NCBI GenBank assembly: GCA_048884965.1
Contig: JBHLQH010000008.1
Location: forward strand, 5,745-64,096
Direction: 5' to 3'
DNA: 58,352 nt
Source of the DNA: Candidatus Thorarchaeota archaeon
Lineage (GTDB): Archaea > Asgardarchaeota > Thorarchaeia > Thorarchaeales > Thorarchaeaceae
The notes under the pieces are model-generated. The model searched no databases, was not told where the DNA came from, and worked only from the letters and a program-made list of their open reading frames with translations. The translations under genes and the position numbers were made by a program. This document shows positions 47,900-57,730 of this stretch, in pieces (within the stretch, counting starts at the first letter, position 1; each line of letters starts with the position of its first letter).

Positions 47900-48124
47900 T
47901 TATCTCATGAACTCGGGATAGATGATGATTCTACAAGATGCACATCGCTTGCAGCTGATGTAGCGCTCTCCAAAAAGGGAACCTATACGCTTGACAAGCG
48001 GCTTCCCCAACCCATGCTTTGGATGCATCTTACTCCAAGAGATCTCACCACGACCTATGAGATATCCTTCCTCAAGCTCTCGCTTGCACTTTGGACAATA
48101 GTAATCCTCGCTGATTTGCACCAC
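47900..48124 (-). CDS. small zinc-ribbon-like protein
   Basis: CPKC...LEEGYL...ISWS...RCASCRIIIY. Confidence 0.7.
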   Translation of the reverse strand: MVQISEDYYCPKCKRELEEGYLIGRGEISWSKMHPKHGLGKPLVKRIGSLFGERYISCKRCASCRIIIYPEFMR

Positions 48125-48201
48125 GCACCTACGGAATGAGCTAGATACTTGCCCTGAGAAGTGATTTGAAACCTTATGAAAATTCCATCTCTTGGCCCGA
48201 T

Positions 48202-48657
48202 TCAGATAATGTATTCGATTTTCGCAGGTTCGATGTCTAATAGACGGAGGTAGACAGTCAATTGACCTCTATGGTGTATGCTGTGTTCCAGCATCTCGAG
48301 AAGGATCTCACCAAATGTTGCAGGTCGATTAAAGCCATTGATAACTCGAGAGAAATCACTAAGCATGATCAAAGAGAGGTATACCTTCATCTTTGTATAC
48401 ACCTCCTGCCATAGAGCCAGAAGGGATTCATGTGTGACAAATCCATCAAATATGTGGGGGGATGGTTCCCAAACACCTTCAACCAATCCTCGGAGATAAT
48501 ATTCGAAAGACCTTAGCATATGATAGATGATCTCTCCCAGCGCGCGTCCATCAGCTAATGGTTTGCTGTAGAGAAGAGAATCATCCAGCTGCGAAATTAG
48601 CGGAAATGTTTCATTCATATGCCTCTTGATCGCTTCGATGAGGAACTTGTCTAACAT
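48202..48657 (-). CDS. DinB family protein
   Basis: GEIIYHM and EHSIHHRGQLTVYLRLL.I.P. Confidence 0.9.
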   Translation of the reverse strand: MLDKFLIEAIKRHMNETFPLISQLDDSLLYSKPLADGRALGEIIYHMLRSFEYYLRGLVEGVWEPSPHIFDGFVTHESLLALWQEVYTKMKVYLSLIMLSDFSRVINGFNRPATFGEILLEMLEHSIHHRGQLTVYLRLLDIEPAKIEYII

Positions 48658-48725
48658 AGATTACCAATGTGAAGCAATGCTTTTTTGTCTGCCTCTCAGT
48701 TTCTGTACTCTGTTGCCATCCTATT

Positions 48726-50189
48726 CTATATCTCAGGGTCCTCTACTATCTCGATGATCTCCAGAGCTTCAGAGGATGCTTCTATAGAAGCCAATGGTTT
48801 CTCAAGACTAAGTGCGTATTTTGTAACCAAGACTCCCGAGAGGGAAATTATAGCACAGAGAATGAGAGTCATAGGGAATCCGATCTCTGGTATCAACCAG
48901 CCAAAGATAGCGATTTGAGGGATTGAGAGCAGCAAGAGGATGGTTGGTTGGAGGGAGTAGAGTGAATTACGATTTCTATCAGGAATCGCATCTATGAGCT
49001 CTCGCTGGGTCAGAATGTCTGCGAATCCACTGAAGAACATGGTCACTGTGAATAGAGAGAATAGCACCACAATCGGAGCAATGTGGGCCACTGGTAGTTC
49101 GATCAATACAAATGATGTGAAAGGTAGCATCAGCGTGATCAAGTCTGCAGCATTCTCAATTGGCGGAAATACGAACATCAGGACTGCCATCACAATGTAG
49201 AACACAAATCCACAGGCCTGAATTAGTCTGAATCTAGGAATCCATTTCCGAGGCTCAAATCGCTGGGACCAGACGCCAGATCTTTCATTTGCAGCAACAC
49301 CAGGAATGAAGGCGAGGGTTCTGTACGATGCCACTGCAACATCAGTGATCAGGTAGCTATAGTAGAGTGGGAAGAGGATGAGCTGACCCCATGTGGAAAT
49401 AGCACTTGCTGTAATCATGGAGCCAAGTACCAGATACTTGACAAAGGGAGTCTTCCAGAGATAGTCAATCCCTTCCTTTAGCAATGCGGTATACTGGCTA
49501 AAACTGGGTCGCTCTTCGCGCATCGCCTCGACTTCGGGAAAATCTCGGATATATCGAAAAACCAGTAGTGCGAAGAAGAATGCACCGATTGCCTGCATCT
49601 GAAAGACAACGGGCCTTTGAAAGACCACCGCTAGCACGCTTCCAGGGATGAGGACTATGGTCGCGGCTATCTGTGAAATCATGCCCATGCGTCCCCAGAA
49701 CACACCGTACTGCTTTCGATCTATATCATCGGGCTTTGCGATGCGATAGTTGTTATCGAACCAAGCGCCCCATGCACCACTGATTTGAGATTGTGCGACG
49801 CCTTGGATAGAGAATAAAATGACAAGATACCAGAATGGGGTATCATAGGAAACGAAAGAAACCATCAGGAAAGTCACACCGTAGAGCATGTTGCCGATGC
49901 CTATGACCCATCTCTGACCGATCCAATCACCAAGTGCACCACTTGGATAGTCTAGTAGAGTCTGAATTACCATCTCTATTGAAACAAGAACACCTAGTAG
50001 GCCGAGTCCATGTATGAAGTCACCACCTCCCAAAGCTTCTGCAATAAAGATCGTATAGAAGGTGGAACTAAGGGTGAAGATGATGTTGGCAGTGGGTAGT
50101 AGAATCATCAGTACTTTTCCAAGATGTAATGCCTTGGTATCATTGTCAGTAAAACCAAGAAATCTAGATGTTCTACTCATCTTTGTCAA
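48726..50189 (-). CDS. MFS transporter
   Basis: DYPSGALGDWIGQR motif A, about 12 TM helices. Confidence 0.9.
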   Translation of the reverse strand: MTKMSRTSRFLGFTDNDTKALHLGKVLMILLPTANIIFTLSSTFYTIFIAEALGGGDFIHGLGLLGVLVSIEMVIQTLLDYPSGALGDWIGQRWVIGIGNMLYGVTFLMVSFVSYDTPFWYLVILFSIQGVAQSQISGAWGAWFDNNYRIAKPDDIDRKQYGVFWGRMGMISQIAATIVLIPGSVLAVVFQRPVVFQMQAIGAFFFALLVFRYIRDFPEVEAMREERPSFSQYTALLKEGIDYLWKTPFVKYLVLGSMITASAISTWGQLILFPLYYSYLITDVAVASYRTLAFIPGVAANERSGVWSQRFEPRKWIPRFRLIQACGFVFYIVMAVLMFVFPPIENAADLITLMLPFTSFVLIELPVAHIAPIVVLFSLFTVTMFFSGFADILTQRELIDAIPDRNRNSLYSLQPTILLLLSIPQIAIFGWLIPEIGFPMTLILCAIISLSGVLVTKYALSLEKPLASIEASSEALEIIEIVEDPEI

Positions 50190-50340
50190 ATCCTTTCTGG
50201 AATTCTCCTGCTTTCAGGCCGTCAGGAGTATATAATGCAAAGCCACTTCTGAGGGTCACTGATTGAGGACGCTTTTTGTTACTCTCGATACCGTTTATAG
50301 AGCAGCTGAACAACGCCAAATTCTGCTATGAGATGAATCG

Positions 50341-50373
50341 AAAAAAAAGAAGGCGCAGCAGTCCCGCTGCTGC
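50341..50373 (-). terminator. hairpin plus T-run after the carboxypeptidase gene
   Basis: GCAGCAG-TCCCG-CTGCTGC with an A8 run on + (T8 on minus). Confidence 0.55.
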
Positions 50374-50387
50374 ATTCTGAAGTCTTT

Positions 50388-52073
50388 CTAGTGTTTCTTT
50401 AGCACATAGACTATAACGATCACAACTGCAATAACTGCTATGATTACACCACCGATCAGTACAGGATCAATAGAAATGCCTTCGGTAAACGTCACTAGGA
50501 AGTGAGTATATCCAGTGAACTCATTCCCGACCTTTATCGTGATGTTCTCATCAACAGAGGCAAACTCGAGCGTGATGGGCTCTGAGGTACCAGTTTCTGC
50601 ATCAATAGAAGAGATTGAGTCAAGGATAGTCCCATCGACCAGCTGAAGCTCGATGTCATCAATCGTTTCGATACGAGGACTAAGGCAGTTTGTGATCATT
50701 GTAGCTGAAACAGTTGTCCCTTGGACCGTGCCTCCCTGAAGACCTACTGTGATTCTTGGTGTCTGTTCGAGGAGATACTGGTATGCAGGAACCAGTTCGA
50801 ACCAGAGTTTCTCGATGTATGATTCAACAGGACTGAAGTACTCGAATATCCCATTGAATGCCATGATACGATGCGTTGAATTATCCTCATGGATATAGTA
50901 GAGGTCCTCTGACTCGGATGAAGCATTGTTGAATATCTCGAAGGTGATAGGAGCAAGACAGTCTAGCTCATGATACATCCACTCGTCCCATGCGCCACTG
51001 AGTATGGCAGGCCTTGCCTTAGAGGTCGCCTTCGCAGAGTAGTCGATATAGTAATTGAAGTCCGGAGGTAGTATCTCTGCATAGTCATTCCATATCTGCG
51101 TATAGAGAGAGCCCTCGATCCAGTTGCCTGCGTAGTTCGTTACAAAGTACGTGGCATTGATTCCGGTATGCAATGAGTAAGCTATCCCGAACCTGTGCTG
51201 CTCTGCAAAATCCCTGAATGCCTGTGTTTCTGGCTCTGAGAAGGGAGCAGTGCCACAAAAGACCTGACTCAAGGGGTCGTGTGACGAACCTCCCGATTCA
51301 GAGCCCCAATTGGCATCATAGTTCCTATTGATGTCAGTGTGACCAATCCAATCCTCATTTAGGAGGCCATCACCATCATTGTCGATACCTTCATAGTAGG
51401 CGTACTGGTATGTAAGTTGACCACCAGGACCCTTAGTCCACACCTCATACTGTGTCACATATCCATCCTCATTGACATCCTCATAGGAGTCCTCGTCAAT
51501 CAGCCCATCCCCATCATCATCATAGGGACGAAGGTTCTTCCGAAGCCAATGATCACTGGTATTGTAGATATAGTCCAATGCATCTGGATTCATTGTCGGA
51601 ATCACATAGATCTCTTCTGTATCAATATATTCGGTCAGCTGTGTGTCCTCTCCATAGCTATTCACAAGCCATTGTACGAAGTAGATGGCATGATTGACAG
51701 TGACCATCTCACGACCGTGATGTTGTGCTACAAGTAACGTCTTCGCCTTTTGTTGTGTTGCCGCCTCGTTAGTGACCCGTATACTGATTATATCCCGACC
51801 TTCATAGCTTTGACCAATCACCTCTACATCGACCAAATCAGGTGCGATAGCCTGGATGTTCTCGATCTCCTCTTCGACCATGCTAGAATTGAGATATTGG
51901 TCTGGATAAAGCAAGGATACATCATCCCACGTTCGATCTATTGATTGTGTTTCGATCATGGTGAATATCGGTGTAACAGCTTCCACTTCGATTGGCATCA
52001 GAAAAACCGGTAAGACCAATGCTGAAAGAAGCATAGCAAGAGCTATAGTACGTTTCATTGCGTGATTTTTCAA
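50388..52073 (-). CDS. M14 family zinc carboxypeptidase, exported and C-terminally anchored
   Basis: IGQSYEGR, HHGRE (HxxE), NPD, RKN, DINRNY, PFSEPET, SLH; DDDGDG insert; C-terminal TM. Confidence 0.92.
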   Translation of the reverse strand: MKNHAMKRTIALAMLLSALVLPVFLMPIEVEAVTPIFTMIETQSIDRTWDDVSLLYPDQYLNSSMVEEEIENIQAIAPDLVDVEVIGQSYEGRDIISIRVTNEAATQQKAKTLLVAQHHGREMVTVNHAIYFVQWLVNSYGEDTQLTEYIDTEEIYVIPTMNPDALDYIYNTSDHWLRKNLRPYDDDGDGLIDEDSYEDVNEDGYVTQYEVWTKGPGGQLTYQYAYYEGIDNDGDGLLNEDWIGHTDINRNYDANWGSESGGSSHDPLSQVFCGTAPFSEPETQAFRDFAEQHRFGIAYSLHTGINATYFVTNYAGNWIEGSLYTQIWNDYAEILPPDFNYYIDYSAKATSKARPAILSGAWDEWMYHELDCLAPITFEIFNNASSESEDLYYIHEDNSTHRIMAFNGIFEYFSPVESYIEKLWFELVPAYQYLLEQTPRITVGLQGGTVQGTTVSATMITNCLSPRIETIDDIELQLVDGTILDSISSIDAETGTSEPITLEFASVDENITIKVGNEFTGYTHFLVTFTEGISIDPVLIGGVIIAVIAVVIVIVYVLKKH

Positions 52074-52382
52074 GTTGCATTCTCCCTATGAACCAGTAGC
52101 ATAGGTAGCGCTAGAATGTATTAATACCCCTAGTTTGACGCATTCACGAGTGTTGTGCATCTTTCTCCAAGTTTATTATACAATCTATCGAACCAATTGT
52201 TGGTAAGAGGTGAAATAATTTGTTCACAAGAAAACAGTATAAGAAAGATGAAGAAGAGCGGAAGAAGAAATCACTCCCACCATTCGAGTGGTTCGCCGCT
52301 GCGACCAGGTAATTATTCACCTGACGAGAATAGATGGACCAGATTGAAGAGATTGTGATTCTCTTCTCTGATCCTTAAACCA

Positions 52383-52880
52383 TTATTTTTTCAGAACATA
52401 ACAAAAATCACAGATCCCGTCGTTTTCCATGAGTGTCTTTGTTCTCTTCAATTCGATGTCAGGGTTGAAACCATCCATAAATGCGAAGTCTCTTGAACAT
52501 GACATAAGGACACCAAGATCCTGAATGTTCAGACTCTTGTACATTTCTGCATAACGACAGCGGGTCACATCAAAGCTCAATGTTGTTTCATCTAGTGAGA
52601 TATTCTCTATTTCCATTACGCCATCTTTTGCCCAGACCTCTTGTACGATTTTCAGCATATATGCGAGAGAATTTCCTGATAACTGAGCAGCGAGAGTCTT
52701 TCCAGATAGAATAGCATCCTCGTTGATTACTCGCTGTGCTATTTCGAATGTCTTTTCCTCACCAATTTCATCTGCAAATCCCTTGATTAATGCTGAAACT
52801 AGGGGTGCTTGGACCTTTCTAACCTCAAGATGTGATATCCCTTGCTTCTTTTTTTCTCCATTCATTATTTGATTCCTCAA
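52383..52880 (-). CDS. L-2-amino-thiazoline-4-carboxylate hydrolase-like family protein
   Basis: FDVTRCRYAEMY, SCSRD, RTKTLME....CDF. Confidence 0.85.
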   Translation of the reverse strand: MRNQIMNGEKKKQGISHLEVRKVQAPLVSALIKGFADEIGEEKTFEIAQRVINEDAILSGKTLAAQLSGNSLAYMLKIVQEVWAKDGVMEIENISLDETTLSFDVTRCRYAEMYKSLNIQDLGVLMSCSRDFAFMDGFNPDIELKRTKTLMENDGICDFCYVLKK

Positions 52881-53116
52881 TAACTATTGAATCGGGTTAT
52901 CTTATATCTCAGAAATCACTGCGAAAATAAATGCATACCCAGACCACACACAGTATCTAAAAATGATGGGACATATCCTTAGAAATCCTTGATGTGTGGA
53001 TCGCACTCAAAAATCTTCACTGTGCTCAGCCTTGGTGACGCTCTTTCCCCGTCAGATTCAAGATACGCCGGTAGAGGCGAGAGTTGATATTGATGCGTAG
53101 TGATTGATATCATTTA

Positions 53117-53572
53117 ATGTCAGATCATAACTATTCGCATATTTGTAGGGAGTGTGGTGGATACTGCTGCACTCAGGGAGGCACTGTTGCTACGAAGTTA
53201 GAGGTGGATCGAGTTATTGAAGCCGGTTATTCCAATAGATTTATTGAGATAGCTGAGGACTGCTATGTTTCAGATTTTGGAGATGACTTGATTTGTCTAT
53301 ACCTCAAGGACTCTGCCTGTGAGATATATCCAGTACGTCCTTTGGCATGCAGAAAATATCCAATTCTAACGACCGATGGAGAAGCGCACTTTTTGGTTCA
53401 TTGCCCACTGACTCAGTATCTCTCAAAGACTGATATTGCCCAATGCATCAAGGCTGCAATGGAAGTTCCTGAAGAGCTATTCACCTGTGTCCAGAGATTT
53501 ATGGCTCCTTTTGGCTCAAGCATTGATGAACGAATGCATAGATTCAAGATGGAGCGAATCGAGCTGAAGTGA
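53117..53572 (+). CDS. YkgJ family cysteine-cluster protein
   Basis: CRECGGYCC, CLYL....CEIYPVRPLACRKYP. Confidence 0.9.
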   Translation: MSDHNYSHICRECGGYCCTQGGTVATKLEVDRVIEAGYSNRFIEIAEDCYVSDFGDDLICLYLKDSACEIYPVRPLACRKYPILTTDGEAHFLVHCPLTQYLSKTDIAQCIKAAMEVPEELFTCVQRFMAPFGSSIDERMHRFKMERIELK

Positions 53573-53578
53573 AGAACA

Positions 53579-53696
53579 TGGTGCGGAGGGCGAGATTCGA
53601 ACTCGCGAATCACTACTGAAATGCCCCTAAGCAACGAAAAGTTGCGTAGTTTAGGCCCTCAACCTAACGCCTTTGACCTGGCTTGGCAACCTCCGC
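53579..53696 (-). tRNA. tRNA-Leu(GAG) with 30-nt intron at the anticodon-stem/variable-arm junction (53621-53650)
   Basis: Minus strand GCGGAGG...TTAGG-TTGAGGG-CCTAA[intron]T-TCA-GTAG-TGA-TTC-GCGAG-TTCGAAT-CTCGC-CCTCCGC-A-CCA. Confidence 0.92.
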
Positions 53697-53807
53697 TTTT
53701 GCCATTGTCACATTTAGCCCTAGATTGTGAGAGGGATTGGTGTAGTGATTCTTGGCAATCGGCTATCATTTCAATGATAAGGATTTCTATTAGTAGAAGA
53801 TGCCTGC

Positions 53808-54839
53808 TTACCGTAGGTGGGAAGTAAGGAACGAATACACGGATTCCCTAACTTCTTTTGGTAATTCGTGACCACCCTCAAAGACTAACATTTCGAGTTC
53901 CGCGTGCTGAGAGATCATTTGGTGAGATGGATCATCCTTACCATATGCTAGTAGAAAGGGTGTCGGAGGAATCATATCAAGAAAGAAATCGAAATCATGG
54001 CCATCAGCCCTGAAATTTGGAAGGGTCGCTTCTGCAGTTTCCATCCTGCCACTCTGTTCAAACGCATCATAGGACAGGGCACCACCAGAACTTGCTCCTG
54101 CCTTGGTGCGACTATCGAAGGTAGTTAGCACAATCGCCATCTCGCCGCCAAGAGAATGTCCAAAGACACCTATTCTAGTTGGGTCTACTGCTTCACAGGC
54201 AGATAGAATTGAAACAGCCACATAGAGATCATGAAGGTGTTTTGCCATCAGGCAAGAACCATAGAGCAGGTACTTCGAGCTTAGCATCTCTTCATATCCT
54301 CTGATAAATCCGACCTCATCATAGTATTCGTCAACGTCTCTGTACTCTTCAAAGCCTATGAAGTCAGGAGCGAGAACCACAAATCCTCTTTCACAGAGTT
54401 CACGAGCATAAGCCATCTGCTTCCGTCCTTGAGGTGTTTCGTAGGAAGGATCAGGTGGAACAGGCTCTAATTTGGTATATTGAGGGTTCTTCACTAGACC
54501 TACGGTTTCAGACTTACCAGCCTTGTATTCGTCGTTGTGTTGATGTAAAGCGAGAATGCCTGGAGCCTTACGACCCTTTCTCCTAGGAACTAGAAGAAAT
54601 GCATTCACAGGAAGTGATGGCTCGACTTCATAGCAAATCCTATTTAGAGTGAAGGTGCTGAAATCCCATTCATCTAATATCTCAATGACAAAAGAATCTG
54701 GAAGGACCGGATATCTTCTCAGATAATTGCAAAGTCGTGTATTCGCTTTCCGATGAAACTTGTATTGACTAATGCTGTCGGTTAGAGATCGATTCTGCAC
54801 TGCACCATAGTTCAAATCAATCCTATGACTCAAAATCAT
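53808..54839 (-). CDS. alpha/beta hydrolase (dienelactone hydrolase-like)
   Basis: LALHQH, RGFVVLAPD..GF, RIGVFGHSLGG, G.DD, GGH. Confidence 0.88.
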   Translation of the reverse strand: MILSHRIDLNYGAVQNRSLTDSISQYKFHRKANTRLCNYLRRYPVLPDSFVIEILDEWDFSTFTLNRICYEVEPSLPVNAFLLVPRRKGRKAPGILALHQHNDEYKAGKSETVGLVKNPQYTKLEPVPPDPSYETPQGRKQMAYARELCERGFVVLAPDFIGFEEYRDVDEYYDEVGFIRGYEEMLSSKYLLYGSCLMAKHLHDLYVAVSILSACEAVDPTRIGVFGHSLGGEMAIVLTTFDSRTKAGASSGGALSYDAFEQSGRMETAEATLPNFRADGHDFDFFLDMIPPTPFLLAYGKDDPSHQMISQHAELEMLVFEGGHELPKEVRESVYSFLTSHLR

Positions 54840-55280
54840 TCACTCCGAGCTTTGGTCAAGTTTCTTCACAAAGAAGATTTCACCAATTCCTTTAGGATTC
54901 ATTCCTGCAATGATACCACATTCCTTGAAGCCACACTTGCGATGGAATGACTGCGGACGTGGCTCCATGACCTCAGATGATGTGTACAATGAAGTACGTC
55001 CTTGACGTGCAAGATCATTGGATATTCGTTGTATCATTTCGGTCCCGATTCCTTGTCCCTGATATTCATCCTCAAGTGTGATTAGTGCTAGGTAGGGTAT
55101 TTCTAACCAGATGAATTCGAGACGGGCATATCCTATGATGTCACCATCATTCTCAGCTACATACACCCAACCATTCTGAATGCACTGCTTTAGTAAGTCA
55201 TCAGAAACATGGGAGTGCTCATGCTGATGGGCACGAATTGCTTCGATGTCTTCTTTTACTCCAAGTCTAATGTTTGTCAT
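54840..55280 (-). CDS. GNAT N-acetyltransferase
   Basis: YQGQGIGT acetyl-CoA motif, FHRKCGF. Confidence 0.9.
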   Translation of the reverse strand: MTNIRLGVKEDIEAIRAHQHEHSHVSDDLLKQCIQNGWVYVAENDGDIIGYARLEFIWLEIPYLALITLEDEYQGQGIGTEMIQRISNDLARQGRTSLYTSSEVMEPRPQSFHRKCGFKECGIIAGMNPKGIGEIFFVKKLDQSSE

Positions 55281-55292
55281 TTAGGACACCTA

Positions 55293-55628
55293 CTATGTTA
55301 GGAGCTCGGCCGCCCCATTCTTCCTGAGCAGTATCTTTCCTCGTTTCTCGAATTGATAGGGTTCATCAACGGTGAACTCAGTCAACACATATTCTATAGC
55401 TTTCCACTCCACAATTACATCCCCCTCCTCAGTCGTGGTTTGAGAGAGAACCTCTAACTCGTTGGGGTCAATGCCAATATCAGCCTCATGGACGTCCTTA
55501 ATGAAGTCATCAGATTCCATCCGCTTCTTCATGAGCTCCTTCTTTCGCTCCTGTGCCTTCTCATTCAACAATCGTTCGATAATCCCCGCTAGTTCCTTCA
55601 TATCGAATTCCATTCTCATCCACTCCAC
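55293..55628 (-). CDS. hypothetical protein
   Basis: 111-aa ORF tightly packed between two GNAT genes. Confidence 0.65.
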   Translation of the reverse strand: MEWMRMEFDMKELAGIIERLLNEKAQERKKELMKKRMESDDFIKDVHEADIGIDPNELEVLSQTTTEEGDVIVEWKAIEYVLTEFTVDEPYQFEKRGKILLRKNGAAELLT

Positions 55629-56110
55629 TCCTGTTTCAAATACTTCTCAAGCCAGATATGATATCCCCAAGGATTCTTGTCCCGTTTGAAGATGGTATAG
55701 CCATTTTTCTTGTAGAAGCTGACAGCCCATACGGCATCGTTGTCGGTTTCCAAGATCACCCTCTCGTGCTTTTGCTCTATCGCCATTCCCTCCAGATAAC
55801 ACAATAGAGTAGAGCCAAGCCCTCTTCTCTGAAAGTCAGACCGAATGGTCATCAGAGGAATCCATGCGACTCCATCAGCTCTGACACCGAAGGAACCTAC
55901 GGAAACGATATCTCCTTTGAAACGTTGAATGAAGAAGCTCATAGAGGTTGACATTTCTGTGATTTGCTCTATAGTGAGGAAGGGCTCATACCAGAGTTCA
56001 GCAGGGGTTATGTCCTTGTACCATTCACTGTTTGTCTTGTTGACAAGCGCCAGAATCTCTGCTAGATCATCAGCCTTTGCTGGTTCGATGTCACCAACTG
56101 ACTCTTTCAC
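55616..56110 (-). CDS. GNAT N-acetyltransferase
   Basis: FQRRGLGSTLL, AVSFYKKNGY. Confidence 0.9.
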   Translation of the reverse strand: MKESVGDIEPAKADDLAEILALVNKTNSEWYKDITPAELWYEPFLTIEQITEMSTSMSFFIQRFKGDIVSVGSFGVRADGVAWIPLMTIRSDFQRRGLGSTLLCYLEGMAIEQKHERVILETDNDAVWAVSFYKKNGYTIFKRDKNPWGYHIWLEKYLKQEWSG

Positions 56111-56168
56111 CTATACCCCTAATAGGTGATGGTCCTCATATGATATGAATCCTATGACAGTAAGGGAT

Positions 56169-56393
56169 CTAATAGTCGCTGCCATCGTCCATGAAGCCTT
56201 CCCATCGCTTCTTGTGGGATCTATCCTCTTTTGGGAAACGGGAACGAGGTTTCATCGCAGAGTAGTCAACTGATGTGACTTTTTGACGCATCCGCTCATC
56301 AGGATACCTTCGACCCTCAGTTATCTTGGGTCCCATGAAGTACAGTAATAGTGCAAGTCCGACCACGCCAAAAAATAACAATAACAACGACAT
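56169..56393 (-). CDS. small single-pass membrane protein
   Basis: ATG 56393 gives MSLLLLFFGVVGLALLLYF plus a charged tail; the upstream in-frame part looks non-coding. Confidence 0.55.
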   Translation of the reverse strand: MSLLLLFFGVVGLALLLYFMGPKITEGRRYPDERMRQKVTSVDYSAMKPRSRFPKEDRSHKKRWEGFMDDGSDY

Positions 56394-56731
56394 CTCTATT
56401 CTGAATATCCAGCCTCGTGAAAGGATAGGGATATTGTCCCCATTATCCAGTAGAGGAGAAATGAGGATAAGGGACCCGCCCTCAGAGGTCGAGGGAGGCA
56501 GGGAAGAGGGCGAGTCCGAGGCAGGGAGAAGCATAATCAGACCACGGGATTTTGGTCTTCAAGAATATACTTCGCTTTTGGAGATATAAGCTCGTGATGC
56601 AAGTCGGATGCGAAATCCGAAGCGGATATTGTATACGATTGACATCTTAGAGTAGACTAGATTCGGTCGTTCAGCAATACCTTGATTAGGAGCTAATCAT
56701 GGATGACAATTCTAGATAGAGGCGTAGAACT

Positions 56732-57730
56732 ATGAGTACCCCAAGAATTGGAGTGATCGGTACTGGGAATATGGGTCGCATTCACTCAAGGGTATTGGGT
56801 GAAATGCGAATGCTAGCAGGTGTTGCAGACATAAATCTGGACTCTGCGATGCGAGTAGGAGAACTCTACAAAGTACCTGCATTCGAAGATTACAACACAA
56901 TGATCGTTGAGGCATCATTGGATGGTGTGATTATTTCGACACCCACCTTTGCGCATGCAAAGGTTGCCGAGGACATTGCAAAGAAACATCCAGATATCAG
57001 AGGTATTATGATAGAGAAGCCTCTTGCCAGTGGGTTGAAAGAGGCCGAGCGGGTCGCAAAGATACTAAAAGAGAAGAAGATTCCCACCGTGGTAGCTCAT
57101 ACGGAGATATACAATCCAATCGTCCGTCGTGCGATATCGCTCATCAATGAAGGCGCTATCGGAACACCTCGGAACGTCATCTATGATCGTAGGGGCTTTG
57201 TGCAGCCATCAAGAGTTCCATCACTGGGAGATGTCTTTGAAGACCTTGGAGTCCATGATTTCGATATCATGACCCGCATTAGCGAAGGACCTGCAAAGGT
57301 CTATGCTCAGGCCAGAAAGGAAGGTGGAGTCTACAATGCAGGAACCGTACTAATCTCCTTTGAAAACGGTTCAGAACACTGCTTCCATCTTTCAAGAGAG
57401 TATGCGGGGAGAGCAAGAATGGTCAATGTCTCAGGAAACAAGGGAGCTTTGATCTTGGACCTTTTCGCTCAAATCATCTATGTAAAAGACCTCGATCAAG
57501 AACCATCAGCTGAGGATAGAACCATCAAACTCCCCGAAAGAGGAGCTACGATCAAAGTATATGGAGAGCCTGTAAGGGAGGTCCTGATGGACTTCATCAA
57601 GGTCATGGAGAATGGCAGCAGTCCGCTAGTCAGTCTAGATGACGGAATTATCGCCATGAAGGTCATTGAGGCTGCAAGAGAAAGCGCGAGGACAGGAAAA
57701 GTATTAGACATCAATGTCACGTCTAAGTAA
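56732..57730 (+). CDS. Gfo/Idh/MocA family oxidoreductase
   Basis: IGVIGTGNMG..H, STPT..H, IEKPLA, DLGVHDFD. Confidence 0.93.
   Translation: MSTPRIGVIGTGNMGRIHSRVLGEMRMLAGVADINLDSAMRVGELYKVPAFEDYNTMIVEASLDGVIISTPTFAHAKVAEDIAKKHPDIRGIMIEKPLASGLKEAERVAKILKEKKIPTVVAHTEIYNPIVRRAISLINEGAIGTPRNVIYDRRGFVQPSRVPSLGDVFEDLGVHDFDIMTRISEGPAKVYAQARKEGGVYNAGTVLISFENGSEHCFHLSREYAGRARMVNVSGNKGALILDLFAQIIYVKDLDQEPSAEDRTIKLPERGATIKVYGEPVREVLMDFIKVMENGSSPLVSLDDGIIAMKVIEAARESARTGKVLDINVTSK

Noticed and set aside
53066-53090. GGTAGAGGCGAGAGTTGA as a decayed tRNA-Leu 3' repeat
   Set aside because: Needs gaps and several mismatches; not distinguishable from chance.
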